This document shows positions 10,278-21,000 of a stretch of 64,000 nt of DNA, in pieces. Positions within the stretch are counted from its first letter, which is position 1; the number at the start of each line of letters is the position of its first letter. The position numbers and the translations under genes were made by a program. The DNA comes from a virus, in IMG/VR virus record IMGVR_UViG_3300032223_002784, positions 27,985-91,984 of that record; one strand, 5' to 3'. Under the pieces are notes generated by a model, which was not told the origin of the DNA, did not search any database, and saw nothing but the letters and a program-made list of their open reading frames with translations.

Positions 10278-13200
10278 TTATCCTACAGCTCCAACATATG
10301 CTGAAGCACCTGCACTATTTTTTGCACGTACATAAATTCTTACCCATTTATAGCTTCCAGTAGTTTGTGTACCCGCTAAAGAAAGTCCAGCTGTTGTGCC
10401 TGGTGAAGTTGGTGTTGCGTTTGTATAAACATTAGAAAATGGACCTGCCTGTAACATTCCGCATTGTACATAAAAGTCATATCCCGTAGCTGCACTATGT
10501 GTTGAATCAACTGTTGGTGCTGACCAACTTGCACTAAATGGTAAAGTTACTCCCGATGCTGCTGAACTGGCTGTCAAATTATTTACCGTATTTGGTATAG
10601 TGATAGGTGCTGCAGTAGTAGTTGTAGTTGGTGCTGCAGTAGTAGTTGTAGTAGTTGTAGTAGTGGTTGTAGTAGTTGGTGCTGCAGTAGTAGTTGTAGT
10701 GGTTGTAGTAGTAGTTGTAGTAGTGGTGGTTGCACTAGTAGTAGCACCACCTAAACTTACCCAGGATCCATTTCCATTATAATTAACTCCTCTAACCCAG
10801 TAGTATCTTGTTGTTGCAGCTGCTAAGGAGTCAACATATGAGCTTGCCGTATCTAGTGCTGTGTAGGTTGCAGCTGTTGAAGAAATTGGTGCAGAGTTAA
10901 TTGAAGATGAATAAATATCATATCTAGCAGCTGTAGCTGGGGAAGTATTATGAATATTGTTTTTAATGGTAGACCAATAGTTATATGTAGAATCATTATA
11001 TTGGGTCCATGAAGGTGTAAGAGTAGTTGTACCTATTGTTACTCCTTTGGATGTTGGTGATTGTGGAGCACCAGGATAGAACCAGTTTGCCGTTGTTCCT
11101 GTTTGACCACTAACATTTGAATATGTTGTTGTGCTGTTTTGCCCTGTACCATTTGGACCACTCCATCCAGTTGCTACCATATAATAATATCCAGCTTCTG
11201 GTATATCGTATAACTTATTTAACGATGTATCTATTGTTCCAGAATCATATAATAAATAAGTGTTTACATTTCCATATGAAGAAACCCCGCCACCATTTGT
11301 AGCTCTATATATTGAGACTACAATACTAGAAGCATTTGTTGATGAAACAGATATGTATCCTTGTGTACCAGAAACTCCTGAAGAGCCCTGAATAACTACA
11401 AATGTAGGTGCTGATGGAATAACAGAATATGTTGCATTAAATGACCCTAGGCCTCCTGCTGCTGTTGCATAGCTTGGAGTAATTGCTGTTGTTGTTGGCA
11501 GAGTTCCTAAATTTGTATTAGTTCCAGTTCCATCTGTTGTTGAATATGCAGTTACATTGTTTAATGTAAATGTTCCTCCATTTGCAGTCATATCTAATGT
11601 AAAGGTTGTACCTGTTTGAGAAGCACTTGTAAATGTTCCATTTCCAGAAGTGGCTCCAGATATTGTATAATTTACTTTATAGCTTCCAGCATTTGTTGCT
11701 GATGCCCAGCTTACTCCCGCCACCTTGTTAGCTCCAACTGCAGTTATAGTGGCATAAAAAGTTCCAGAATTAGTTATGGGCCAGTAATCATCATATGTTC
11801 CATTCCCTTGGCCTAATGACGTAGATGTAGATAAAAAATCAGTTGCTGTATGACCCGTAGATATATATGGGGATAAAACTGTATAGTTTCCATTGCTAAA
11901 ACTTGTTCCATAAATAGTTTCTGTATATGAAGATGTATTAGATGGCTTTGAACCAACAACCCAATCCAACATAACAGCATTTATATAAGTTGATCCAGTT
12001 CCTTGAACTATTGTTGGTGTACTTGGAGTTGTTGGTGCAGTACTTGCATTGTACACATTATTAATTGTAAATGCACCCACAGGTGCAACAGGAACTGCTG
12101 TCTGATTTAGTTGTGAACCAGAATACGATAGTCCTGTAGCATATTTATATTTTGGAGTAACATAAACAGTATATGTTGATCCATTCGTTAATCCCGTTGG
12201 CGAAACAGATGTTAGGGTTGAATCTGTAAGTGGATATCCAGTTAGTGATGTTCCTAAGTTATTTCTAACATCTATGTCATAAACATTTGCAGTGGTGGAA
12301 GACCATCCTTGAGTAAATGTACCTGATCCTTGAGTTTGAGTTCCCCACGATATTGTTGGAAAATCTTGTCCAGTAGGTACTATCCCACCTGAGAATGCTG
12401 CACTTCCAGGAACCCCCTGCATTGATGAGCCTGTATATGGATACATATCTGTTGTTGTAGTATAAGAACTTCCTGGTGATGCTGTAAAGACATAAGCGGT
12501 ATTAGCACTTGTATTCACATAATTTGTAATGTTTGGCAAATAAACAGACACGCCTGCGCCACTTATATAATAATATCCATAGATGTTAACAGAAAGAGTA
12601 TTTGTTCCTGTTGTATAATAAGTCCATGTATTTCCAGATGTGAAACTTTTTATTACTATATTACTAATATTTCCTGGTGGCCCTGGCGTAATAGCTGATC
12701 CCATATATATCCATCCAGAGTACCCAAGAACGGGATCATTATTTCTTCCTCGTACCCAATAATAATAAGTAGTATTTCCAGTAAGTGGCACCACTGTATC
12801 AGTAAATGTATTGTTTGTCGTATAAGATCCAATTGGAAGAGTTCCAGTAGCGGTAACACTTGAAGATGGTGTTGTAGCTGATGAAGAACCATAATATTCA
12901 AGAGTATTATTATTACTTTGAAATGTTACGTTATCTCCTAAATAGCTACTTTGAGCTACTAATTTCCAGTTTGACGGAATATAACTTAAAGTTATTCCTA
13001 GGGAAGTTGTAGCTGCAACTGATTGTGATGAAGTTCCTATTGGCACTCCAGGATAAAATATATTTGTGTTATATATTGTAGAATAATCGCTTGTAGTTCC
13101 ATGAGAATTAGTAGCCGTTACATACATATAATAATATCCATAACTTGGTATACTATAAATTAATGTCCCAGTGCTTGATGTGGCTGTATCATATGTTGTC

Positions 13201-15041
13201 TGTGTTGCCCAGCTACTACTACCTGATCTATATATAGTCGCAGTCATAGATGTTGCGCCTGTTGCGGTAGCTTTTATATAACCATTATTACCAATAAGTC
13301 CACTTAAGCCTTGGCTATATGTAAATTGCAATGTTCCAGGTGCGGGTGTAGAGTTATATGGTCCATATGAGGCACTTCTTATTCCTACCCCCGCTGCGTT
13401 ATAAGCGATAACACTATAATAATATGAGCCAGCTGGCAATCCCGTATAATTAATTGCACTATTATTTGTTGTTTTTGTTGTTCCTATGTTAGTCCAGGGA
13501 CCGCTAGAAGCAGAAGAATAAGATAATTGATAATATGAAGAAGAATAAAGACTTCCCCAAGTTACGTCTGCAGCTTGATCTGCTGTCCAGGTCATAACAG
13601 TAATTGATTGTTGCTCTGGTAAATCATACATTAATTGAGGAATATTATAATAAAAATCGGAATATGCCCCACTTGTTCCATTTTCTGCTATTGTTTCGCT
13701 TGTAATATATTTACCACCACTTGTTACTCCTCCCGCTCCTGTTGCAGTTGTATATTGATATGCTGGAAGAATAAATGAGTGATTTTGGTTTTGAGATGTA
13801 TCAAGCCCACCTGCAGAATAAAATATTCCAGGTACGGGGACATATGTTGTATAAACTTTTCCAGATGAGTTTGTGATATACCCTCCCGTTCCATTTGTTG
13901 TCACCGTTGAAGAATTCAGCCAATATGGAAGCCACGACACTGCATATGTACCGCTTGGTGCTGGAGTCCAAGTTCCTGTATTAATATTTACTGTTCCCCC
14001 AGCAGTGAAAGATATTGCAGAATTTGTTTTAGCAGAATCATAAATATAACCTACTGGCGAACTTGCCGTCATTGTTGGAGCAGTTACAACTACTGGAGGA
14101 GAACTCATCAAACTTGTTGATCCAAAAGCAATTACTGGTGATCCAGAATAATCTGTACCGCTATTATATTCTGTTTCAATAACATAAAAATAATTATTCA
14201 AATCTGTAGTTGTATTTGTTGTATATGTTGATATTAATTGCATATTTGTTGCATTCCATCCCTGAGATATTCCTATCCCAGAAGTTATTGGAGTAGCATT
14301 TGACACTATGCTTGCAGCATCAGTATATAGAGTTGTACTTTTATACCATTTAACTGTTCCCCTTGATGCATCTGTTGCATATGGTTCGGTATTATCCCAG
14401 TTAGCGGTCCATGTTATTGTTGCCCCAGGCTTTAAGGTTCCAGTAGAGTATGTAAACCCATAATTAGTATTTGAAGGAGATTGAGAAACAACCCATACTT
14501 TATACCAACCTGTTGATTGTAAATCAACCCCTGGAATATTTTGTGTATTATTATCAGTTATTTCAAAATCTAAATACTGCCCAGCCCATTGTGAGTTAAT
14601 GGTAAGTCCATTATAATTTTTTGTTCTTAAATCAACTTTTACAGCTGAAGAATACGTTCCAGATAACGGTGATCCTGTTGTGTAATCTGTTGGAATAGTT
14701 AAAGTTCCACCCGTTGAAGTGCTATTTAATAAAACACGATATGCATAGCTTGTGCCCGTAAAACCAGTATTGTCCCATGTACCATTTAATCCATAAAGTA
14801 TATTGCCAGCGGTGGTGAGTCTTACATAAGTATTTACATATACGGGTGATCCAGTAGTGCTAGTTGAAAACCAGGGGGAAACTGTTGTATACGGACCTAC
14901 TTTTGGCCAAAATTGTTTCCAAACTCCTACTGCAGTTTTTATATATAATCTTTTTGCAGGAGACCATGTACTTACTGCTGTTTTAATAAAGAATTTTTTA
15001 GTTGTTGTCCATGTATTTGTTGCTGTTTTAAAATATAACAT
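10278..15041 (-). CDS. Large virion protein with FN3/Ig-like repeats and a mucin-like Thr tract
   Basis: 1587 aa, S/T/G/Y-rich; FN3-like YYYWVRG and YYYSVIAYN motifs; poly-Thr before a terminal FN3-like domain. Confidence 0.75.
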   Translation of the reverse strand: MLYFKTATNTWTTTKKFFIKTAVSTWSPAKRLYIKTAVGVWKQFWPKVGPYTTVSPWFSTSTTGSPVYVNTYVRLTTAGNILYGLNGTWDNTGFTGTSYAYRVLLNSTSTGGTLTIPTDYTTGSPLSGTYSSAVKVDLRTKNYNGLTINSQWAGQYLDFEITDNNTQNIPGVDLQSTGWYKVWVVSQSPSNTNYGFTYSTGTLKPGATITWTANWDNTEPYATDASRGTVKWYKSTTLYTDAASIVSNATPITSGIGISQGWNATNMQLISTYTTNTTTDLNNYFYVIETEYNSGTDYSGSPVIAFGSTSLMSSPPVVVTAPTMTASSPVGYIYDSAKTNSAISFTAGGTVNINTGTWTPAPSGTYAVSWLPYWLNSSTVTTNGTGGYITNSSGKVYTTYVPVPGIFYSAGGLDTSQNQNHSFILPAYQYTTATGAGGVTSGGKYITSETIAENGTSGAYSDFYYNIPQLMYDLPEQQSITVMTWTADQAADVTWGSLYSSSYYQLSYSSASSGPWTNIGTTKTTNNSAINYTGLPAGSYYYSVIAYNAAGVGIRSASYGPYNSTPAPGTLQFTYSQGLSGLIGNNGYIKATATGATSMTATIYRSGSSSWATQTTYDTATSSTGTLIYSIPSYGYYYMYVTATNSHGTTSDYSTIYNTNIFYPGVPIGTSSQSVAATTSLGITLSYIPSNWKLVAQSSYLGDNVTFQSNNNTLEYYGSSSATTPSSSVTATGTLPIGSYTTNNTFTDTVVPLTGNTTYYYWVRGRNNDPVLGYSGWIYMGSAITPGPPGNISNIVIKSFTSGNTWTYYTTGTNTLSVNIYGYYYISGAGVSVYLPNITNYVNTSANTAYVFTASPGSSYTTTTDMYPYTGSSMQGVPGSAAFSGGIVPTGQDFPTISWGTQTQGSGTFTQGWSSTTANVYDIDVRNNLGTSLTGYPLTDSTLTSVSPTGLTNGSTYTVYVTPKYKYATGLSYSGSQLNQTAVPVAPVGAFTINNVYNASTAPTTPSTPTIVQGTGSTYINAVMLDWVVGSKPSNTSSYTETIYGTSFSNGNYTVLSPYISTGHTATDFLSTSTSLGQGNGTYDDYWPITNSGTFYATITAVGANKVAGVSWASATNAGSYKVNYTISGATSGNGTFTSASQTGTTFTLDMTANGGTFTLNNVTAYSTTDGTGTNTNLGTLPTTTAITPSYATAAGGLGSFNATYSVIPSAPTFVVIQGSSGVSGTQGYISVSSTNASSIVVSIYRATNGGGVSSYGNVNTYLLYDSGTIDTSLNKLYDIPEAGYYYMVATGWSGPNGTGQNSTTTYSNVSGQTGTTANWFYPGAPQSPTSKGVTIGTTTLTPSWTQYNDSTYNYWSTIKNNIHNTSPATAARYDIYSSSINSAPISSTAATYTALDTASSYVDSLAAATTRYYWVRGVNYNGNGSWVSLGGATTSATTTTTTTTTTTTTTTAAPTTTTTTTTTTTTTAAPTTTTTAAPITIPNTVNNLTASSAASGVTLPFSASWSAPTVDSTHSAATGYDFYVQCGMLQAGPFSNVYTNATPTSPGTTAGLSLAGTQTTGSYKWVRIYVRAKNSAGASAYVGAVG
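10605..10730 (-). repeat. Imperfect trinucleotide repeat encoding T15-AAP-T13-AAP-T5-AAP
   Basis: (agt/tgt/ggt)n runs separated by Pro-Ala-Ala codons on the + strand. Confidence 0.95.
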
Positions 15042-18000
15042 TTAGTATGATACCCACAAATCTCCTACGTACCCGCTTGAAGCTTGTGGGGTTGTTGCTG
15101 CTGGTGCATTATATATTGCATATCCACGAATTATATCTCCTGCTGTAATTCCTGCTGAAGTAACGGTGTTAGGAGCAACCATTATTGTTCTCAAGAAATT
15201 AGCATTGGTTGTCAGGGTTGAGCTTCCTGCAGCACCATCGCTTGTACCAGATTGTGAAATATCTCCATACACGCTAAGGCCATTGATTGATAATCCATTA
15301 GTTCCAAGTTTTACATACTGTGTCCCTGCATTAAAGTACTGTGTTCCGTTATTATAATAATAATATGTATTTGATGGCACGAGGGTTTGCATAACAATTC
15401 CAGTTGATGCAAAAGATTGAAAAACATTTGAGTTTGCCTGCATATAAATTCCACTTGAATTCATAGCTTGATAAACTCCTGTTGCTGCTTGCATATACAC
15501 GCTATTTGTGGTTGCTCCTGTTGGCGAACCTGTGGGTAAAGTTGGTCCAAATAAACTTATAAATGTATTTGTACTGGCACTTAGATTAATTGTACCATTA
15601 GAGAATGTAGCCCACGAACCATATGTTGTTGATGGTGTGTATGTTGTTGGATTGGTTGAAGTATATATTAATATTCCAGCAGTTGTTGGAAAGTTTGTTG
15701 ATCCCGCTTTATCAATTATCATTCCAACTGCAGGTCCACCAGAAAGTTGTAGTCCTGTTGTTGTTGCACTAATAAATGGGCTGCTTGATCCAGTGCTAAA
15801 GTAATCCCATGCACCAGTATACATACCAATTCCATTAACTCTTGTGCCATATGAATCTTTAAATCCGCCACCGCTTGCTGATGTTCCCATTGCAAGAAAT
15901 GGTGTGCCCGTAGGTGCTGTTGAATCAGTAAGAGAAGGGGACGATCCTCCCCAAGGTTGTGTACTAGTAGCTGCTGGTGCGGTTAAATAAACATTGTTAT
16001 TTCTTGTTATTAAATATGCAGTTCCAGCAACATCACCTAAAGATATCCAGTCTTTAGCTGCATCAATTGTTATAATATTTTTTGTGCTTGCTGTTCCAGC
16101 TGTTGAAACTGTAATAGCACCAGTTATATCTGCTCCTCTTGCATAAAGTTTTCCACCTAATGTGACTCTAAAAGCATTTGTTGTTGAATCACCTGCTGCA
16201 CCACCTGTTCCCGCCCAAAATACGTTAGTGCCAGTTGTTGTGGCTGCACCATATATACCAGCAGAATATCCAGCTACGCTTCCATTTGATACAGATATTG
16301 TTCCTGCAGACGAGTCTAGGGCTATATTTCCATTTCCACCAGAGGATATGCTGGCTATTTTACTTGCATTAATTGTCCATCCGCCTAGATATGCAGCAGT
16401 ACTATAAAGATTATATAGCGTTCCATCTGGGGCGGTAGATGGCGTTGTAAGTAATTGTGTTGAGGTAGAGCCAGATGTCCAAGCATATAGTCCGCTAGGA
16501 TTAAATATTAATCCTGGAGTGCCTGATGCTGGCAATGTTCCAGATGTTTGTGGAGAATATAATGAACCTCCAGATATCAATACGTTTCCAGTAAAAGATC
16601 CACCAGTTGCATTTATTGGGCCAGATAGGTATGCACTTGATGCATACAGCGTTCCATCAGTTCCAATATGTGCTCCAGATGCTGGTCTAAAGATAATTAC
16701 TGTTGATGTTGGAATATTAGCTGATACGCTTGCACTTAAAACAACTGTTGTGGATGTTACAGAGCTTACAGTGGTTCCTGCTGGCAATAATGGAATTCCC
16801 GCTGCAGTATATGCATAAACAACCATACCTGCAACTGGTGAAACTGACGCTCCATTAATTGTAGTTGCTGTAGTAGTAAATGTAAGTGTGGTTCCAGATG
16901 CAGTTGCTGCTGATGTTGTAAGCTTTAATGGCTGTACTATAGATCCAACATCTAATGTTCCACCTGTAATAATTGCATTGTTGGCATATAGCGTACCTGA
17001 AGGTGTCACTGCAAATTTAGTATTATCTCCACCTGATGCTGTTGATCCTGCCCATATAGAATATGATGCTGCTGCAAGCGAATTAATTCCAACGTATGAA
17101 CCCGCTGATCCAAGGTTTTGAATAGAATTTGTTCCAACTATCCAGTTACCAATTCTTGCATCAGTTGTGGTAAATGTTCCAGTCCCAGTAGTTACATTTC
17201 CTAGAATCTGTGTGGTTGGATTTCCAGATGAATCGTATGCAGAAATATTATTTGATTGAATTGTAACTCTTCCACCACTATTTGTTAACATGGCGGTTCC
17301 ACTATTTGCATAAGTATATGTATTTAATCCAGTTGATGCTACAGAGAATGATGTTGTTGAAGGTGCTGGGGTAGCAAGAATGGTTCCTGATGTTACATTA
17401 AATACTGAAGGATAAACTCCAACTACTGTAACTGATTGACCCGCTACAAATGTTGAAGCAGCTGCTGGAGATATAGTATATGTTGTATATGTTGTTGTAG
17501 CCACTACATTAGAAATTGTATAGCTTGTAGCAGCAATAATAGAACCAGTTGAAGAAATTAATAACGGTCCATTAAATGAACCTCTACTTGCATTAACTTG
17601 TCCCGATATATTGAGTGCATTTTGATCCCATACAACTTGATTTCCTGAAGCTCCTACTGAAAAATATCCATTTGAATACCATTGGTTGTAGTTATTAATA
17701 TACATTCCATCAAGCGACCCCGCTGCTGTTCCACTTACTGGAATATTTATAGGGTTTACGCCTTTACCAATTTTCATGGTTCCACTATTAACAGTCATTG
17801 CTCCAGCGAAATTACCTGCTGTAGCATTAATGGTTCCTGTTGCAGTCAAAGCATTTGTTGATGGGTCAAATTTAAATTGATCATTTAATGAAAAGTATCC
17901 AGCAGTGTCAATATAGAATGGAGTTCCATTGTTAAACCAAACGCCAGTACCTGAATAAAGTCTATTTACTGGTTGTGCAGTTTGTATATTGCTATATGTT

Positions 18001-21000
18001 CCTGATCCATCAATATATATTGCATAAGGGCTTGTTGAGCCAACTCTGAATGATTTTGTATTTAATATTGTTGCGTCAACTTGACTTGCAGTTACTGCAC
18101 CCGCTTGAATTTGATTTGCAGCAATAGTATTTGCAGCGACATCTCCATTGGATACTTGTAATGTAGATCCACTTGCTTGTGGGCTTGCTGCTGCTGCACC
18201 ATTAAAGTCTTTAGCAACGACCTTAGTATAATAAACTTGCGGAGTAGTTCCAGATGAGAAATATACAAGCTGTGTCGTAGCTGCTCCATATGTGGCACCT
18301 GGTAAAGCTTTAATAAGTGCAAAGGTTGACGATGTTTGAATTGCAAGAGTTGTGCTATATGCCATCGCTGTTGCATACTGACCAATAATAGATCCTGTAG
18401 CACCAATGTTATTTGATACAGCAAACGTAGTAGATGTAGGTGCTGGCGAGGCTAAAACAGTTGCATTTGAAATTCCAAACGTTGGCGATATACCAGATAA
18501 AGAAATTGTTTGTCCAGCAATAAATGTATGAGTAGCAGAGGTTGTATAAATAATATTTGCTCCTGATACTTGTGCACCTGTCACTATTGCAGTATTTCTA
18601 TCTGGAGTAAAATTATTTGTAGTTGATATATGTACTTCATATGTAACTGGATCTGGATTAGAAACAAGAGGCCAAGCTACCTGTAGTGCACCAAACATGG
18701 GTGTAATTGTTGGTGACACTGTTAAGCCATTTGAAGCAACCCCATCATTACTTCCACCCAAAGCATTTAGAGTTACTGTTACTGGATTAGTTGGAATACT
18801 TTCAACATTATAGATATCTTTTGTATATACTGCAACGCCATAAGAGGTTGATGCTACTAAGCCAGAAATAGCAAAAGTTGTTCCTGGGGTATATTGCTCA
18901 AAAAGTAATGGATAAAAAGTAATGGTATTTCCAGTTACGGCAGCTGTATTTTTTACATTTAATGTAACTACGCTTGTTCCAGCATTAATAGCGGTTATTT
19001 CTGCTCCCGTGCCAATACCAGTACCAGATACTGCCATGCCAACAGATAGCCCCGTTGTATTTGCAAAAGTTATAGTAAATGTATTTATTGCTCCCGCTGT
19101 TGCAGTCTTTGTAATAATGTTTGTATTATCAAACAATAATACTCCATATGTACTGATTGTAGTAGTAGGTGAAGCAAGAGACATATCGTTCCATGATGCT
19201 AAAGCTGAGTATGATTTTGCTGATACAGAAAGGCCAGTAGGTGTTGCTACAGTTTGTGTTGTTGTAGATGAAGTTAGGGTTGTACTATTTACGCCAACAT
19301 TATTATACTGATCATATGCCTGTGCAATAAAATCATAAGATGTTCCAGGTGTGAGATTGGGTATGGAATAGTTTGTTGTAGATGTTCCACTTACAAAATT
19401 TACAGATGGAATATTTATCATAGTCATATTTGCCTGCAAGGTACCTGTTGTACCATAACTCAAGAAATATCCTTTAGTTGATGTAGCAGTAGTTTGAAGT
19501 TGAATTGTTATGCTATTTAATGCTTGTGCGGTACTTGCTATAGAAGGCGGGTTTGGTGCTGTAGTAATAATAACCGCTGGATTTGAAGGAGTTACTGAAA
19601 CAACATTTGAAGATAAAGATTCATATCCAAATGCATCCACATACCTTACAATAACATTTCTTGGTGCATAGAATATTGAAGGAATAGTTGCTGGTCCACC
19701 ACCAGTATATACAATTGAAGTAAATGTATATGTTCCTGATGCAGTTGTAGTTAAATTAGATGCAACAACAGAACTTGTAGAAGTGTTATATGTTGATAAA
19801 GTAAGTTGATATGTTCCTGCACTCAACAATGTTATTGCTGAAACAAATGTATTTGCTGGAACTCCCGCTCCAGTAATCAAATATCCTGGATAATTTCTAA
19901 AGTCTGCGATGGCAGTTATTCCATTGTCATCTAGCACGTTGTTTACCGTAAGAAGATTTTGACTTGCAACGTTTGATCCACCAGTTGCTGTAGCTACTGA
20001 TCCAGTCATATAGTCTGGGAAGTCATTTGTTAAGGCATAAGTTGTGTATGCAGTATATGACTCATATATTTCTCCAGCAATAGCGTACGGCGTTGTTGTA
20101 AAATCAAAAGTAGAAATATATCCATTTGTGATTGGAACAACTCGTGCTACTGGAATTGTAGTAATCAATGGATTTAATCTTGTTGCAATTGATATTGCCG
20201 TTCCTGTGCTTGATACATCAACAGAAGAATAACTATTTAATGTTCCAGTATATGCTGTACTTATGTTTGAAGCTCCAAATTGCCCCGTTAAATCTGATAA
20301 AGAAATTACTTGTGTTTGATTAACCCCAATTACGTTTCCAGTGACACCTGTTGCTGTTCCCACTGTTGTGGTAGTAGCATTCAATACTTTAAATCCACCC
20401 GTAACTAAAGAAGTGATACTATAGGTTCCATTATATCCAGATGGTGTCGCACCTGAAATAGTTACACTTGATCCAACTGATACTGTTGAGGATGTATAGT
20501 ATGTTGCATATGTTCCATCTCCAGACATTCCAGTGATGGTTATTGAAGATGTTGTTGGATAAAAATAAAACTTTCCCGTCGCTCCATTTGCTGAGTTTAA
20601 TGTTGTAACATATCTAACTCCTGCATTTGATGTTGGTAATGTGAAAGGTATATATATATTATTTAAAGAATTTGCTGCTGGTAGGAAACTAATTGTTCCT
20701 GAAACCGCCGAATAATTAGCTACCGTTAACGGCACCGTAGTTGAGCCAGGTGTATAAGAACTTGCTACTAGGGCTGCACTACCGATACCAGTTCCAAATA
20801 CTGACATTCCCGCAACAATATTTGTTGCACTTCCAACTGTTATTGAAGTTGCAGAAATTGATCCCGATGCAGTTGTTGATGTAACTCCGCCCCACGTAGG
20901 TGTTCCAACTACTACATCGCTTGGCTGTGTGGTATTGACATATCCGAGTGTCTGTGGTGTTGCTGGTTTTCCTGGTGTAGAAAAAGTAGTATAGACTCCT

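Noticed and set aside
10600-10782. Poly-Val plus-strand ORF
   Set aside because: Antisense shadow of the poly-Thr tract
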